Shown: in pieces, positions 19,342 to 29,583 of the stretch
Numbering within the stretch: the stretch's first letter is position 1
Layout: the number at the start of each line of letters is the position of its first letter
Notes under the pieces: generated by a model
What the model was told of the DNA's origin: nothing
Seen by the model: only the letters and a program-made list of their open reading frames with translations
The model's database searches: none
Position numbers and translations under genes: made by a program
Assembly: GCA_965242925.1 (NCBI GenBank)
Contig: CBDEUM010000018.1
Coordinates: 1-64,000 of the forward strand
DNA length: 64,000 nucleotides
Direction: 5' to 3'
From: Roseibacillus sp.
GTDB lineage: Bacteria; Verrucomicrobiota; Verrucomicrobiia; Verrucomicrobiales; Akkermansiaceae

Positions 19342-20802
19342 CTATGCGACGATGTCATTGACCACCTTGCCATGGACATCCGTGAGCCGGAAATGCCTGC
19401 CCTGGAACTTGAAGGTGAGTTGCTCGTGGTCGATTCCCAGCAGGTGAAGGACGGTGGCCTGAAAGTCGTGGATGTGGACTTTGTCGTGAAGGGCGTTGAA
19501 GCCGATGTCGTCGGAAGCTCCGTAGGTGATGCCGGGTTTGACGCCGCCTCCGGCCATCCAGATGGTGAAGGCGTAGGGGTGGTGGTCGCGGCCCCAGCCC
19601 TTGCGGTCGTTCATGTTGCCCTGCAGGAAAGGAGTGCGACCGAACTCACCACCCCAGATGACGAGGGTCTCGTCGAGCATGCCACGCTGTTCAAGGTCCC
19701 GAACCAATCCGGCGCTCGGCTGGTCGGTGTCCTTGCACTGGGTGTAAAGCTCGGTCGTGAGGGAGCGATGCTGGTCCCATCCTGCGTGCATGAGCTGAAT
19801 GAACTGTGTGCCGCGCTCGGCAAGGCGGCGGGCGAGGAGACAGTTGCGCGCAAAGGTTCCCGACTCGTTGACGCCCGGCCCATAAAGATCGAGGATTTCC
19901 TTCGGTTCATCCGAGATATCGGCGAGTTCGGGCACACTCGTCTGCATGCGGTAGGCCATTTCGTATTGCGCAATGCGGGTGGCTATTTCGGGATCGCCGT
20001 AATCTTGGTGCTTCATCTCGTTGAGGCGACCGATGTCGTCGAGGAGCTCGCGGCGCATGGGCTTACTCATCCCGTTGGGATTGGAGAGGTAGAGGACGGG
20101 GTCGCTGGCGGGGCGGAACTTGACACCCTGGTGACGGGTGGGGAGGAAGCCGGAGCCCCAGTAGAAGTCGTAGAAGATTTGGCCGCAGGTGGTCCCCTTG
20201 CTGACCGAAGTCATGACGACGAAGGAAGGGAGGTTGTCGTTCATGGTGCCGAGGCCGTAGCTGAGCCAGGAGCCCATGGTGGGACGTCCGGGGAGCTGGC
20301 CGCCACTCATGAAGAAGGAGATGGCGGGGGCGTGATTGACGGCTTCAGTGTGCATGCTCTTTACGAAGCAGAGCTTGTCGGTGACCTGGGCGGTGTGGGG
20401 CATGAAGTTGCTGACCCATGCGCCGCCTTGGCCGTATTGCTTGAAGGGTTCAACCGGAGCGAGGAGGAGCTTGCCGTTGGCATTGCCGGTCATGGTGCTG
20501 AAGCGCTTGCCGCCGACGTAGCTTTCCGGCACCGGGGTATTGTGGAGCTCCTTGAGTTTGGGTTTGTAGTCCCAGAGGTCGCAGTGGGTGGGGGCGCCGT
20601 TCTGGAAGAGGTAGATGACGCGCTTGGCCTTGGGGGCGATTTGGCGGATGTAGGCGGGGATCTTTTCGTTACCCTGGGGTGCAGCGGAGAGGCCTTCTTT
20701 ACCAAGGAGAGAGGCGAGGGCTGCGGTACCGATGCCGGTGGCACTCTTGCCGAAGAAGTGGCGGCGGTTGATGTTGAGTTGGTGCTGTGTGAGCGGATTC
20801 AT
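19342..20802 (-). CDS. DUF1501 family protein, Tat-exported
   Basis: NRRHFF Tat motif; AKRVIYLFQNGAP..DLWDYKP, GWDQH, WGGEFGRTP, GRDHH, MAGGGVK. Confidence 0.92.
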   Translation of the reverse strand: MNPLTQHQLNINRRHFFGKSATGIGTAALASLLGKEGLSAAPQGNEKIPAYIRQIAPKAKRVIYLFQNGAPTHCDLWDYKPKLKELHNTPVPESYVGGKRFSTMTGNANGKLLLAPVEPFKQYGQGGAWVSNFMPHTAQVTDKLCFVKSMHTEAVNHAPAISFFMSGGQLPGRPTMGSWLSYGLGTMNDNLPSFVVMTSVSKGTTCGQIFYDFYWGSGFLPTRHQGVKFRPASDPVLYLSNPNGMSKPMRRELLDDIGRLNEMKHQDYGDPEIATRIAQYEMAYRMQTSVPELADISDEPKEILDLYGPGVNESGTFARNCLLARRLAERGTQFIQLMHAGWDQHRSLTTELYTQCKDTDQPSAGLVRDLEQRGMLDETLVIWGGEFGRTPFLQGNMNDRKGWGRDHHPYAFTIWMAGGGVKPGITYGASDDIGFNALHDKVHIHDFQATVLHLLGIDHEQLTFKFQGRHFRLTDVHGKVVNDIVA

Positions 20803-20852
20803 CGTCGTTGGACCTGATAGGACTTGGAGGGTCGAATGAGCCGGATAGGGCC

Positions 20853-23800
20853 TTACTCCTTGGTGAGCGCTTCGTCCAGGTTGAGGATGCCGAGGCAGAC
20901 GGTGGTGAGGGCAGCGTGTTCGGGTTCGGGGAGTTCGGAGTTACGGGGGGAGTCTCCGTTCTTGAGGAAGCTGGCGGCGGCGCCGGGGTCGGAGGTGAAG
21001 CGGACTTGGGCGCGGTTGTAGATGTTTTCGAGGATTTCCTGTTCTTGTTCGCTTGGGCTGCGGGTGACCACGAGTTGGAAGGCTTGTTTGATCTGGGTGG
21101 CGGGCTTGCTGTCCTTTCCGGCCGAGGCGGCGGCGCGGCCGGCGAGAGCGCGGGCGGCTTCGACGTAGGTGGTGTCGTTGAGCGTGCTGAGGGCGTGGAG
21201 GGGAGTGTTGGTAAGGCTCATTTCAACGGAGCAGGTTTCACGTCCGGGGTTGTCGAAGAACATGGGTGGGGCGGCGATGCGGCGCCAGAAGGAGTAGATG
21301 CTGCGACGGTAGAGGTCGTCGCCTTTGCCGCGGTTGTAGCGCTTCTTGCCGAAGGTGGCTTCGGCCCAGATACCTTCGGGTTGGTAGCTGTTGACGGGGG
21401 CGCCTCCTTTCTTATCGACGAGGAGTCCGCTGGCGGAGAGGGCTTGATCGCGAATCATCCAGGCGGGCATGCGGTAGCGGGTGCCGCGGGCGAGGAGGCG
21501 GTTGGTGGGATCGGCTTCGAGGAGTTCGGGGGAGAGGCGGGAGGATTGCCGGTAGGCGTGGCTGTTAACGAGGATACGCATGAGCTGTTTGACGTCCCAA
21601 CCGTTTCCCTGGAACTCGACGGCGAGCCAATCGAGGAGGCGTGGGTGGATTGGCACTTCGCTTTGGACGCCGAAGTTTTCGGGTGATTTGATGAGGCCGA
21701 TGCCGAAGAGCTGTTGCCAGAAGCGATTGACGGTGACCCGGGCAGTGAGGGGGTTGTTCTTGTCTATGAGCCACTGGGCGAGGCCGAGGCGGTTTTGCGG
21801 GAGGTCTTTGGAAAAGGCGGGAAGGGCAGCTGGAGTGCCCGCTTCGACTTCTTTGCCGCGCTTGTCGTAGACGCCGACTTCCAGGATGTAGGTCTTCCGC
21901 TTCTTGTCGATGTCTTGCATGACCATGACCTGGGGAAGACCTTTACGGTTGGAGTTGAGCTCGTTCTCTTTGTCGGAAATGAGCTTTTTGATCTCGGCGT
22001 GGCGGGGGACTCCTTCGCGATGGGCGGTGGCGACGAGGCTGCTTTCAGCTTTGCTGCGTTTGGCGGGTTCGACGGCGAGGGCATCCTGGAATCGGCGTTC
22101 GCCGGTTGAGAGTTTCGCATCGGCGGTGGCGCTGACGGAGAGGCGGAAGCGGCCTAGATTGTGGTTGGCGTGTTGGGAGTCGTGACGCATCGTGACGATG
22201 ATGGATGCGTGTTCGGAGACTTCGATGGGCTTGTCCAGGTGGAAGACCGCTTCGTGGTCGCGGTTGATCTGGTTGTTTTCGTATACAGCCCAGCCGGTGT
22301 TGGCTTTGTCGTCGTAGGTTCTGGTGATCTTATGGTCACCTTGTTCGTAGGTGGCGATCGCGGATTTGAACTTGGGATGGATGGCATTTCCACCGAGCGG
22401 TTGGATGCGGATCTTGAAGTCGGTGAGGACGAAGTTGCCGCTATCGGAGCGGGAGAGGTAGCCCTTGGTCATGCTCTCGTGGCGAACGGCCTCCAGGCGG
22501 ATGCTTGCGATCGATTTGAGCGTGCTCTCGGTGGAGAGGTTATAGACGTCGTTCTTGGGGTTCTCGCCACTGGCCAGGATCGAACCGTCTTTGAGGACTT
22601 CGAGCTTTTGTTTCTCGGCTTTGGCGGAATTGATGGAGAGGACGGACCATGCGCGGTCCGAATTGTCGGTGCGGCGTGATTTCTCCCACTCTGGCTGTTT
22701 GGTGGTGAGTTCTATTTCGAAGTTTGCGAGGTCTTCGCGGAGGGAGGCGATTTCTTCCTCCAAGGCGGCTTCTCTGGCTTTACGTTCGCCGCTTGCGACG
22801 GCGAGGACGGGAGGAGTGCGCGGATTTCCACCGCCGCCGTTGACGGGGGTCTGGTTAAAGAAGGCGGAGAGCTTATAGTATTCTTCCTGGGTGAGGGCGT
22901 CGTACTTGTGGTCGTGGCAGCGGCAGCAATTGAAGGTGAGGGCGAGCCAGACGGTGCCGGTGGTCTCGGTCATGTCCATGACGTAGTCGACGCGGTTTTC
23001 TTCGGCGATGCGTCCACCTTCGCCATTGATGGGATGATTGCGGAGGAAGCCAGTGGCGAGGCGTTGTTCCATGGTGGCGTTGGAGAGGAGATCACCTGCG
23101 AGCTGCCAGATGGTGAGGTCGTCCCAGGGGACGTTGCGGTTGAAGGCGTCGACGACCCAGTCCCGCCAGGGCCACATGGTGCGTTCGCCGTCACCTTGGT
23201 AGCCGTTGGAGTCGGCGTAGCGGGCGGCGTTTAGCCAGGGCCAGGCCATGCGTTCGCCATAGGAGGAATCGGCGAGGAAGCGCTCGACCAGTTTCTCGTA
23301 AGCGTCTGGAGCGTTGTCGTTGAGGAACCCCGTCACTTCTTCCGGAGTGGGAGGGAGGCCGCGGAGGTCGAGGGAGAGGCGGCGGATGAGAGTGCGTTTA
23401 TCGGCGGCGGGGGATTGTCTGAGTCCGTCGCGGAGGAGGCGGTGGGCGATGAAGGCGTCAATCGGATTATGAACAGTGGCGTTGACGGGTTTGGGGACCT
23501 CGGGGCGTTGGGGAGGGATGAGGGCCCAGTGCTCTTTGTATTCTGCGCCTTCTGCGATCCACTGGCGGATGAGCTGCTTCTCATTGTCGTTGAGTTTGAG
23601 GTGGGACTTGCGTGGTGGCATGACCTCGTCGGGATCGGTCGAGGTGATGCGTTGCCAGACGAGTGACTCTTCGGGCTTGCCGGGAACGATGGCTTGGCCG
23701 CCGTCACGTTTGGCGAAGGCTCCTTCAGAGACATCCAGGCGCAGGTCGGCTTTGCGGGTGTTCTTATCGAAGCCGTGGCATTTGAAGCAGCGGTCAGAGA

Positions 23801-23903
23801 GGAGGGGGCGGACATCGAGATTGAAATCGAGGGGTGCCGCGGAGACCGAGACGGCAACGGGCAGGGTAAGCAGCAGAAAGGGCAATGGGAGACAGGACGA
23901 CAT
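20853..23903 (-). CDS. Planctomycete cytochrome c (PSCyt1) + DUF1549 (PSCyt2) + DUF1553 (PSD1) protein
   Basis: DFNLDVRPLLSDRCFKCHG, HWAL.PP, NPIDAFI, YGERMA..W...ARYADS, CRCHDHKYD, NPLTARVTVNRFWQ, HPRLLDWLA. Confidence 0.93.
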   Translation of the reverse strand: MSSCLPLPFLLLTLPVAVSVSAAPLDFNLDVRPLLSDRCFKCHGFDKNTRKADLRLDVSEGAFAKRDGGQAIVPGKPEESLVWQRITSTDPDEVMPPRKSHLKLNDNEKQLIRQWIAEGAEYKEHWALIPPQRPEVPKPVNATVHNPIDAFIAHRLLRDGLRQSPAADKRTLIRRLSLDLRGLPPTPEEVTGFLNDNAPDAYEKLVERFLADSSYGERMAWPWLNAARYADSNGYQGDGERTMWPWRDWVVDAFNRNVPWDDLTIWQLAGDLLSNATMEQRLATGFLRNHPINGEGGRIAEENRVDYVMDMTETTGTVWLALTFNCCRCHDHKYDALTQEEYYKLSAFFNQTPVNGGGGNPRTPPVLAVASGERKAREAALEEEIASLREDLANFEIELTTKQPEWEKSRRTDNSDRAWSVLSINSAKAEKQKLEVLKDGSILASGENPKNDVYNLSTESTLKSIASIRLEAVRHESMTKGYLSRSDSGNFVLTDFKIRIQPLGGNAIHPKFKSAIATYEQGDHKITRTYDDKANTGWAVYENNQINRDHEAVFHLDKPIEVSEHASIIVTMRHDSQHANHNLGRFRLSVSATADAKLSTGERRFQDALAVEPAKRSKAESSLVATAHREGVPRHAEIKKLISDKENELNSNRKGLPQVMVMQDIDKKRKTYILEVGVYDKRGKEVEAGTPAALPAFSKDLPQNRLGLAQWLIDKNNPLTARVTVNRFWQQLFGIGLIKSPENFGVQSEVPIHPRLLDWLAVEFQGNGWDVKQLMRILVNSHAYRQSSRLSPELLEADPTNRLLARGTRYRMPAWMIRDQALSASGLLVDKKGGAPVNSYQPEGIWAEATFGKKRYNRGKGDDLYRRSIYSFWRRIAAPPMFFDNPGRETCSVEMSLTNTPLHALSTLNDTTYVEAARALAGRAAASAGKDSKPATQIKQAFQLVVTRSPSEQEQEILENIYNRAQVRFTSDPGAAASFLKNGDSPRNSELPEPEHAALTTVCLGILNLDEALTKE

Positions 23904-24032
23904 CCGAGGGGTGGGTTCTAGCCTATTTGCCCGGGAGCCTCAATAGCACGGGTGGACCACTATTCTCTGAAGATGGAGGCCTCAGGCCAGATTATTGTTG
24001 CTCCGGGGGCCTCGCGCGATAGGGGGGTGGAT

Positions 24033-25271
24033 ATGTCCGCGATTCGCCTTATCTGCCTTTTTCTGCTCATCTTTCTGGCGCGGCCCCAGGCTGTCAGGGG
24101 TCAATGGCAGCGCCACACTATCGATAATTCCTCCAGGGGTGCTGATGGGGTGCGGGCCGCGGATGTGAATGGGGACGGGCATCTCGACTTTACCACCGGC
24201 TGGGAAGAGGGAGGGGTCATCCGGGTGACCGTCAACCCCGGACCGGGCAAGGTGAAGAAGAAGTGGCCAGCCGTGACGGTGGGAAAAGTGTCCTCTCCGG
24301 AAGATGCCGTCTTCGTGGATCTCGATGGTGACGGAGCGTACGACGTGGTGAGCAGCTGTGAAGGAGGCAACCGTACCGTCTTCATTCACTGGGCTCCGAA
24401 AGAAAAGCAGAAGTATCTTGAGGCGGCAGCCTGGAGCACAGAGGCCTTTCCGGTCACCCGGAAGAAGCAGAGCTGGATGTATGCCGTTCCGATGGATGTT
24501 GACGGGATGAATGGAATTGATCTCGTGGTGGGCTCAAAGGGGAAGAACGGTTCGGTCGGTTGGCTGCGATCCCCGAAGAATCCGCGGGCCCTCAAGGATT
24601 GGACGTTTCACCGCCTCTACGATGCAGGATGGATCATGACTATCGATATGCACGACATGGATGGCGACGGGGACGCTGATCTGGTGCTGTCGGACCGGAA
24701 GAGCAAGGCGGCCGGGGTGAAGTGGCTGGAACATCCCGGGATGGTGATCGCGGCACAGGGGGGGCGCTGGAAGGAACACCTGATCGGGTCACAGGGGAAG
24801 GAGGTGATGTTTCTGAAGTTGGCTGACTTGAATGGGGACGGTCTCAAGGATGTGATCTGCACCAACCGGAATGGCCATATGGAATGGTTCCGGAGACTCA
24901 GGGGTGAGGGGGTGAGGTGGGAGGCTCATGCCTTCAAGCTGCCCTTTGGACTGCCACTGGGGAAATCAGTGGCGGTGGGAGACATCAATCTTGATGGTAA
25001 GGTGGATGTGGTGAGCACCAACCGGGGGCCTGAGCCGGCCAGATGCGTGGCCTGGCAGAAGTGGTCGACGTCACCTGCTGACCGGAATTGGTCCAATCAT
25101 GATATCGGAGGCACGGAGGGGGCGAAGTTCGATCTGATCGAACTGATCGATCTCGATGCGGATGGAGATCTCGACGTGATCACCTGCGAGGAGGTGGCCA
25201 ACCTTGGCCTTTTCTGGTATGAGAATCCGCTGTATTCGCCAGCAAAGAACGATGCCAATCGTTCGCAATGA
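24033..25271 (+). CDS. Exported FG-GAP/VCBS repeat beta-propeller protein
   Basis: Seven D-x-[DN]-G-D-G-x-x-D-type repeats; signal peptide from ATG 24033, preceded by a G-rich SD-like tract. Confidence 0.88.
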   Translation: MSAIRLICLFLLIFLARPQAVRGQWQRHTIDNSSRGADGVRAADVNGDGHLDFTTGWEEGGVIRVTVNPGPGKVKKKWPAVTVGKVSSPEDAVFVDLDGDGAYDVVSSCEGGNRTVFIHWAPKEKQKYLEAAAWSTEAFPVTRKKQSWMYAVPMDVDGMNGIDLVVGSKGKNGSVGWLRSPKNPRALKDWTFHRLYDAGWIMTIDMHDMDGDGDADLVLSDRKSKAAGVKWLEHPGMVIAAQGGRWKEHLIGSQGKEVMFLKLADLNGDGLKDVICTNRNGHMEWFRRLRGEGVRWEAHAFKLPFGLPLGKSVAVGDINLDGKVDVVSTNRGPEPARCVAWQKWSTSPADRNWSNHDIGGTEGAKFDLIELIDLDADGDLDVITCEEVANLGLFWYENPLYSPAKNDANRSQ

Positions 25272-25360
25272 ACCATCCTGAAACCCAGGATCAGGGGGTG
25301 GAGCGTCGAATCATCCTCCAAGGTTCCTGAGATCGACGCCGACTTGGAGAGGTGGGGGAC

Positions 25361-25906
25361 CTACAATTCTTCTTCCCAGCCAGCCTCGAAGGAGCCGGCT
25401 TCATTGTCCTCCGGAACGGGCGGGAGGAGGTCCTCGCGTTCAAGCAGGAGGGGAAGGGAGAGGTCGGAGAGCAGGTCGGCGGGAGTTTTCAGAAGGGTGC
25501 CGAGGAGCGGCACGATGCGGTCCAGTTCGGCAATGGAGCAGTGAACCATCGAGGAGACGATGTCGGCGTCGAATTGCTCGCGATCAAAAAGATTCGTAAT
25601 GCGGAAAACGAGGTGCTGGCGGTCGAAATCCAACTCGAAGCCGCCCAGGGTGAGCTGCTTGTTGGCGCGCATGAGGAGTTCGACAGCCGGCGCAAGATGG
25701 GTGGCCTCCGGGCTGAGGGGACACTCGGCCACGATGGAGAGGGCGTTGAGTTGGGGAAAGGCCTGAGCGTGCAGGCGAATATGAGTGTGATGGGCCTCGA
25801 AATGAGCCTCCAGCACTTCGCGTCCCTCCACTGGTTCGCAGTGCCAGCCCTGTTTCCCGAAGGCCGTGGCAACGGATTGCAGTTGGAGGGAAGCGGGGGG
25901 GGTCAT
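25361..25906 (-). CDS. YbjN-like (type III chaperone-fold) domain protein
   Basis: ELLMRANKQLTLGGFELD pattern and size. Start uncertain (ATG 25906 or 25948). Confidence 0.6.
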   Translation of the reverse strand: MTPPASLQLQSVATAFGKQGWHCEPVEGREVLEAHFEAHHTHIRLHAQAFPQLNALSIVAECPLSPEATHLAPAVELLMRANKQLTLGGFELDFDRQHLVFRITNLFDREQFDADIVSSMVHCSIAELDRIVPLLGTLLKTPADLLSDLSLPLLLEREDLLPPVPEDNEAGSFEAGWEEEL

Positions 25907-25968
25907 GAAGGAAGGCGGATGGGGGGTGCCGAGCCCCACAAGTTCCATCCGGGGCGCGACTGCAAGCC

Positions 25969-26499
25969 TCAATTCGCGCTCTGTGGGTCATCAGCCTCCA
26001 GCGGAGGGTCTGGAGAATCCTCATCGATCCACTCGTGATCTATGCGGCCGGCGATGGCGCGGCCCAGCAATTCCCTGCGAACTGGAAGAAGAGGAGCGAG
26101 GGAGGCCACCACTCCGGAGGTCTGTTCCTCGTTGAAGTGAATGACGAGTTGATTGTGCTCGTTTATTTCGGCGTCCGAGATTTGAGACCAGTAGAGGACC
26201 TGGAGGTTTTCGTGAGGTTTGAAGAAGGGGAAGATCTCAATGCCGAGGGGAGTCAGGATGAGATAGGCATGCCGGATACAGCGTAAGGACAGACGGAGGA
26301 AAATGAGGGCGGCGGGAAGGGGCGCGAGAACCCACCACCAGGAGACGAGGGGACCCTCAAGGAGGAGATTGAGGATGACGATAGTGATCGAGGCTCCTCC
26401 GCAGATGGCTGCGAGCATCGCGAAGAGGGATGCCTGGGCGCCGCGTGTGAAGCGCAGCTCCTTGTGTGGGTCGCTGATGTCCTTGGGACCGGGAAGCAT
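25969..26499 (-). CDS. Hypothetical two-TM membrane protein with a PH-like C-terminal region
   Basis: Two hydrophobic helices, then YLILTPLGIEI...LYWSQISDAEI; host-like codon usage. Confidence 0.65.
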   Translation of the reverse strand: MLPGPKDISDPHKELRFTRGAQASLFAMLAAICGGASITIVILNLLLEGPLVSWWWVLAPLPAALIFLRLSLRCIRHAYLILTPLGIEIFPFFKPHENLQVLYWSQISDAEINEHNQLVIHFNEEQTSGVVASLAPLLPVRRELLGRAIAGRIDHEWIDEDSPDPPLEADDPQSAN

Positions 26500-26850
26500 T
26501 TTCTTCAGGTGGAGTTCGGGATGGGAAGGTTCAGGAGTTAGACCGCTGAGGAGCAGAATTGTTCGTATCGATTTCTGACTTTCTGGATCTGCTTTTCCCG
26601 TGCTTTCAGGTCTGCTGCTTTCCCGTTGTTGGCCGCCGGACTGTGGTGGCCACTTTCCGCATATGAGGTTCCCTGCTCAAAGTCGAGGCACTGGTGATTT
26701 TCTGACTCTGTCCTCGATGGTTGCTGCTGGCGGAGACCGGCAATGGGAGCCGACCTTGCCAGGCGGCCTCTGCCTTTACGGTAATACTCACGGGGATTCA
26801 ATTCGTGACTTCCCTTGACGGTGCTCACTCTACCCTGCAACCCTTGCGAG

Positions 26851-28224
26851 ATGAATTGCCCCAGAAACACCGTCGCCGGCCTGCTCGCTGCGCTGTTCGT
26901 GCCGTTCGCCCTGCAGGCAGCGGATCTCTGGCAGGCCGGAGCGGGGCGGGTCAGGATCACCCCTGTCCAGGAGATGTGGATGGCAGGCTATGGTTCGCGT
27001 GCAAGGCCGGCCGAGGGGAAGGTCACCGACCTGTGGGCCAAGGCGCTTGTCCTCGACGATGGCAAGGGGAACCGGGGGGTGATCGTCACCCTGGACCTGG
27101 TGGGAATCGACCGCGAAATCGCCGGCAAGGTGTGCGCCCGGCTCAAGAAGGAGATCGGATTGGACCGGCATCAGATTTCCCTTTGTACCAGCCATACGCA
27201 TTCCGGTCCGGTGGTCGGGCGGAACCTGGCTCCCTTGCACTACGCGATCCTCGATGCGGAACAGCAGGAACTGATCGACGATTATGCGGAGCGTCTGCCG
27301 AAGCGTGTAAGCATGGCGGTGAAGGGAGCAATTGATGTTCTCGCGCCTGCCAAGGTGCAGTGGGGGAGTGGGAAGGCAGTCTTTGCCGTCAACCGGCGGG
27401 AGAACAAACCCTACGGGGCGGTGCCCGATCTGCGGGCCAGGGGAGCCTTGAAAGGCCCCGTTGATCACGATGTGCCGGTCCTCAGTGTGCGGGGTGAGGG
27501 CGGTGAGCTCCGGGCGGTCCTCTTCGGGTATGCCTGTCACGCCACCACCTTGAGCTTTCAACAATGGAACGGTGACTATCCGGGCTATGCCCAGGTCGCA
27601 CTGGAGAAAGCCTATCCCGGCGCTACCGCGCTCTTCTGGGCCGGTTGTGGAGCTGACCAGAATCCACTCCCCCGTAGCAGTGTCGAACTTGCAGAACGTT
27701 ATGGCAGAGATCTGGCCCGGGCGGTGCAGGATGTACTATCTGCCCCCATGCCCGTGCTCAGCCCTTCGCTTTCTCTCCGCTACCAGGAAATCGATCTCAA
27801 ACTTCAACAGCTTCCCGATGCCGACGAATTGAAGACGGATGCACAATCTGCCAACCGTTACGTTGCGGCTCGGGCTCGTATGCTCCAGAAGCGTCTCGAA
27901 TCCCAGGGTGCTCTCCGGGGAGCGTATCCTTACCCCGTCCTGTTCTGGAAGTTGGGCGGCTCGATCGACTTCATCTCCCTGGGTGGTGAAGTGGTGGTTG
28001 ATTATGCGCTGCGTCTGAAGCGCGAGTTGCATGGCAGGCAAACCTGGGTGGCGGGCAATGCCAACGACGTCATGGCCTACATCCCCTCCCTTCGAGTTCA
28101 CAGGGAAGGAGGCTATGAGGGCGGCGGATCGAATATCTACTACGGGTTGCCGGGCCTGTGGGACGAAGGGGCGGAAGAGGCCATTTTCCGAGCCGTTCAT
28201 GACCTGTCCGGAAGGGAGAACTGA
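26851..28224 (+). CDS. Neutral/alkaline ceramidase N-terminal-domain family hydrolase, exported
   Basis: ITP..WMAGY, LWAKALVL, SHTHSGP, GYACHAT, GCGADQNP, GGEVVVDY, AYIPS..EGGYEG. ATG 26851 gives a signal peptide. Confidence 0.85.
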   Translation: MNCPRNTVAGLLAALFVPFALQAADLWQAGAGRVRITPVQEMWMAGYGSRARPAEGKVTDLWAKALVLDDGKGNRGVIVTLDLVGIDREIAGKVCARLKKEIGLDRHQISLCTSHTHSGPVVGRNLAPLHYAILDAEQQELIDDYAERLPKRVSMAVKGAIDVLAPAKVQWGSGKAVFAVNRRENKPYGAVPDLRARGALKGPVDHDVPVLSVRGEGGELRAVLFGYACHATTLSFQQWNGDYPGYAQVALEKAYPGATALFWAGCGADQNPLPRSSVELAERYGRDLARAVQDVLSAPMPVLSPSLSLRYQEIDLKLQQLPDADELKTDAQSANRYVAARARMLQKRLESQGALRGAYPYPVLFWKLGGSIDFISLGGEVVVDYALRLKRELHGRQTWVAGNANDVMAYIPSLRVHREGGYEGGGSNIYYGLPGLWDEGAEEAIFRAVHDLSGREN

Positions 28225-28362
28225 TCAGGGAGCGATCATGAGCTGTCCAGGGAGCGCCATCGTTCTGATTTGAGGAGGTGCCGTCCTGTTTCCTGCCCCT
28301 CCATTGGCAAATCGTGTCCGTTGCTGATCACGGCCATCTGGATCCGCTCATCGAAGGTCGCG

Positions 28363-29583
28363 TTATCCAGCCCCGTCCAGGGCAACACGGTAGAGCCGGC
28401 CTTCCAGAGAGCCGTTGAGCAACGGCACCGAGGCCTTTGGGTCTCCCCCGAAATGCGGTGCGGCTTCATGGTTGGCGGTGTAGATTCCGGCGCAGCGCCC
28501 GGCGAGGTGCTGACGGAGGAAGGCTCCGAGCGCCTGGTAGAGCGGGGTGATTTCGAACGTCTCCCCGCTCCGCAGCCCGTAAGGTGGGTTGCAGACCGCA
28601 GCGCCGAATTCGCCGCCGGGATCGAGGTTCCGGAAGTCACCGTGTTCGAGCTGAATGGGCGCGTCCGGAAAATACCGCGCGCGGATCTTCTGCAGGGTGC
28701 GGAAGGTAGCCCCATCGATTTCGATTCCGAGCAATCGCATTCCCTCCGGTTGAGCCTGGCGGGCCTCCAGCCTGCGCCGTTCAGCGGCGTGGACCTGCGG
28801 GTCGTAGTCGAGGAGGGCTTCAAAGCCGAAACTCCGATGGAGATTCGGAGCGATGCCGGCCGCCATCATCCAGGCCTCGAAGAGGAGGGTGCCGGACCCG
28901 CACATCGGATCGAGCAGCGGCGACCGGCGGTCCCAGCCGGAGAGCGCGAGGAGTCCAGCGGCGAGATCTTCCTTCATGGGGGCCTCGCCGTGTTCGATCC
29001 GATATCCCCGCTTGAATAACGGTGTGCCGGACATGTCGAGAGCGAGGGTGGCACGGTGTTTTTCAAGGTAGACCACTACATGAACATCCGGGTTGCGCTT
29101 TTCGATAGAGGGCCGCACGCCGTCGCAGAGTTTGCGGAAGGTGTCCGTGATTCCGTCCTTCACGCGGTGGATGGCATAGCGGGTGTGCGTGATCTTGGGG
29201 GAGTGGCCCTTGATGTCGATGCGGAGCCGTGCGTCCACCGGAAAGAGCTTGTGCCAGTTGGTCTTACGGGACTGGTAGTAAAGCAGGTCGTAGTTCCGGG
29301 CGTTGAAACTGCGAATGGGACGAAGGACGTTGAGTGCCGACCGTAGTCCCATGTTGGCCCGGTAGAATCCGGCCAGGTTGGTCACGATTTCGATTGCCCG
29401 CTTGCGCTTGTCCACCACCTCGATCTCCAGTTCCCGGAGTTCCCTTGCCACGACGTCTTCCAGTCCACCGCGACAGAGGACAAAGCCTGTCAGGCGATCA
29501 GGATCGGGAGCAGGGGTGGGGGCGGGCATTTTCCTGAGTGATGGCCTCTCGGTAACTCGATCTCGGTCCGCGCTTGTAGCCAT
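28363..29583 (-). CDS. THUMP-domain class I SAM RNA methyltransferase (RlmL/YpsC-like)
   Basis: GLE..VAREL, KDGITD, LFKRGYR..APMKEDLAA, DPMCGSGT, NPPYG. Start may be ATG 29529. Confidence 0.9.
   Translation of the reverse strand: MATSADRDRVTERPSLRKMPAPTPAPDPDRLTGFVLCRGGLEDVVARELRELEIEVVDKRKRAIEIVTNLAGFYRANMGLRSALNVLRPIRSFNARNYDLLYYQSRKTNWHKLFPVDARLRIDIKGHSPKITHTRYAIHRVKDGITDTFRKLCDGVRPSIEKRNPDVHVVVYLEKHRATLALDMSGTPLFKRGYRIEHGEAPMKEDLAAGLLALSGWDRRSPLLDPMCGSGTLLFEAWMMAAGIAPNLHRSFGFEALLDYDPQVHAAERRRLEARQAQPEGMRLLGIEIDGATFRTLQKIRARYFPDAPIQLEHGDFRNLDPGGEFGAAVCNPPYGLRSGETFEITPLYQALGAFLRQHLAGRCAGIYTANHEAAPHFGGDPKASVPLLNGSLEGRLYRVALDGAG

Noticed and set aside
28236..28362. CAGGGAGCG direct repeat and overlapping 195/249-aa ORFs between convergent genes
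   Set aside because: A 9-bp repeat with no element between the copies; the ORFs are alternative frames of the methyltransferase gene.
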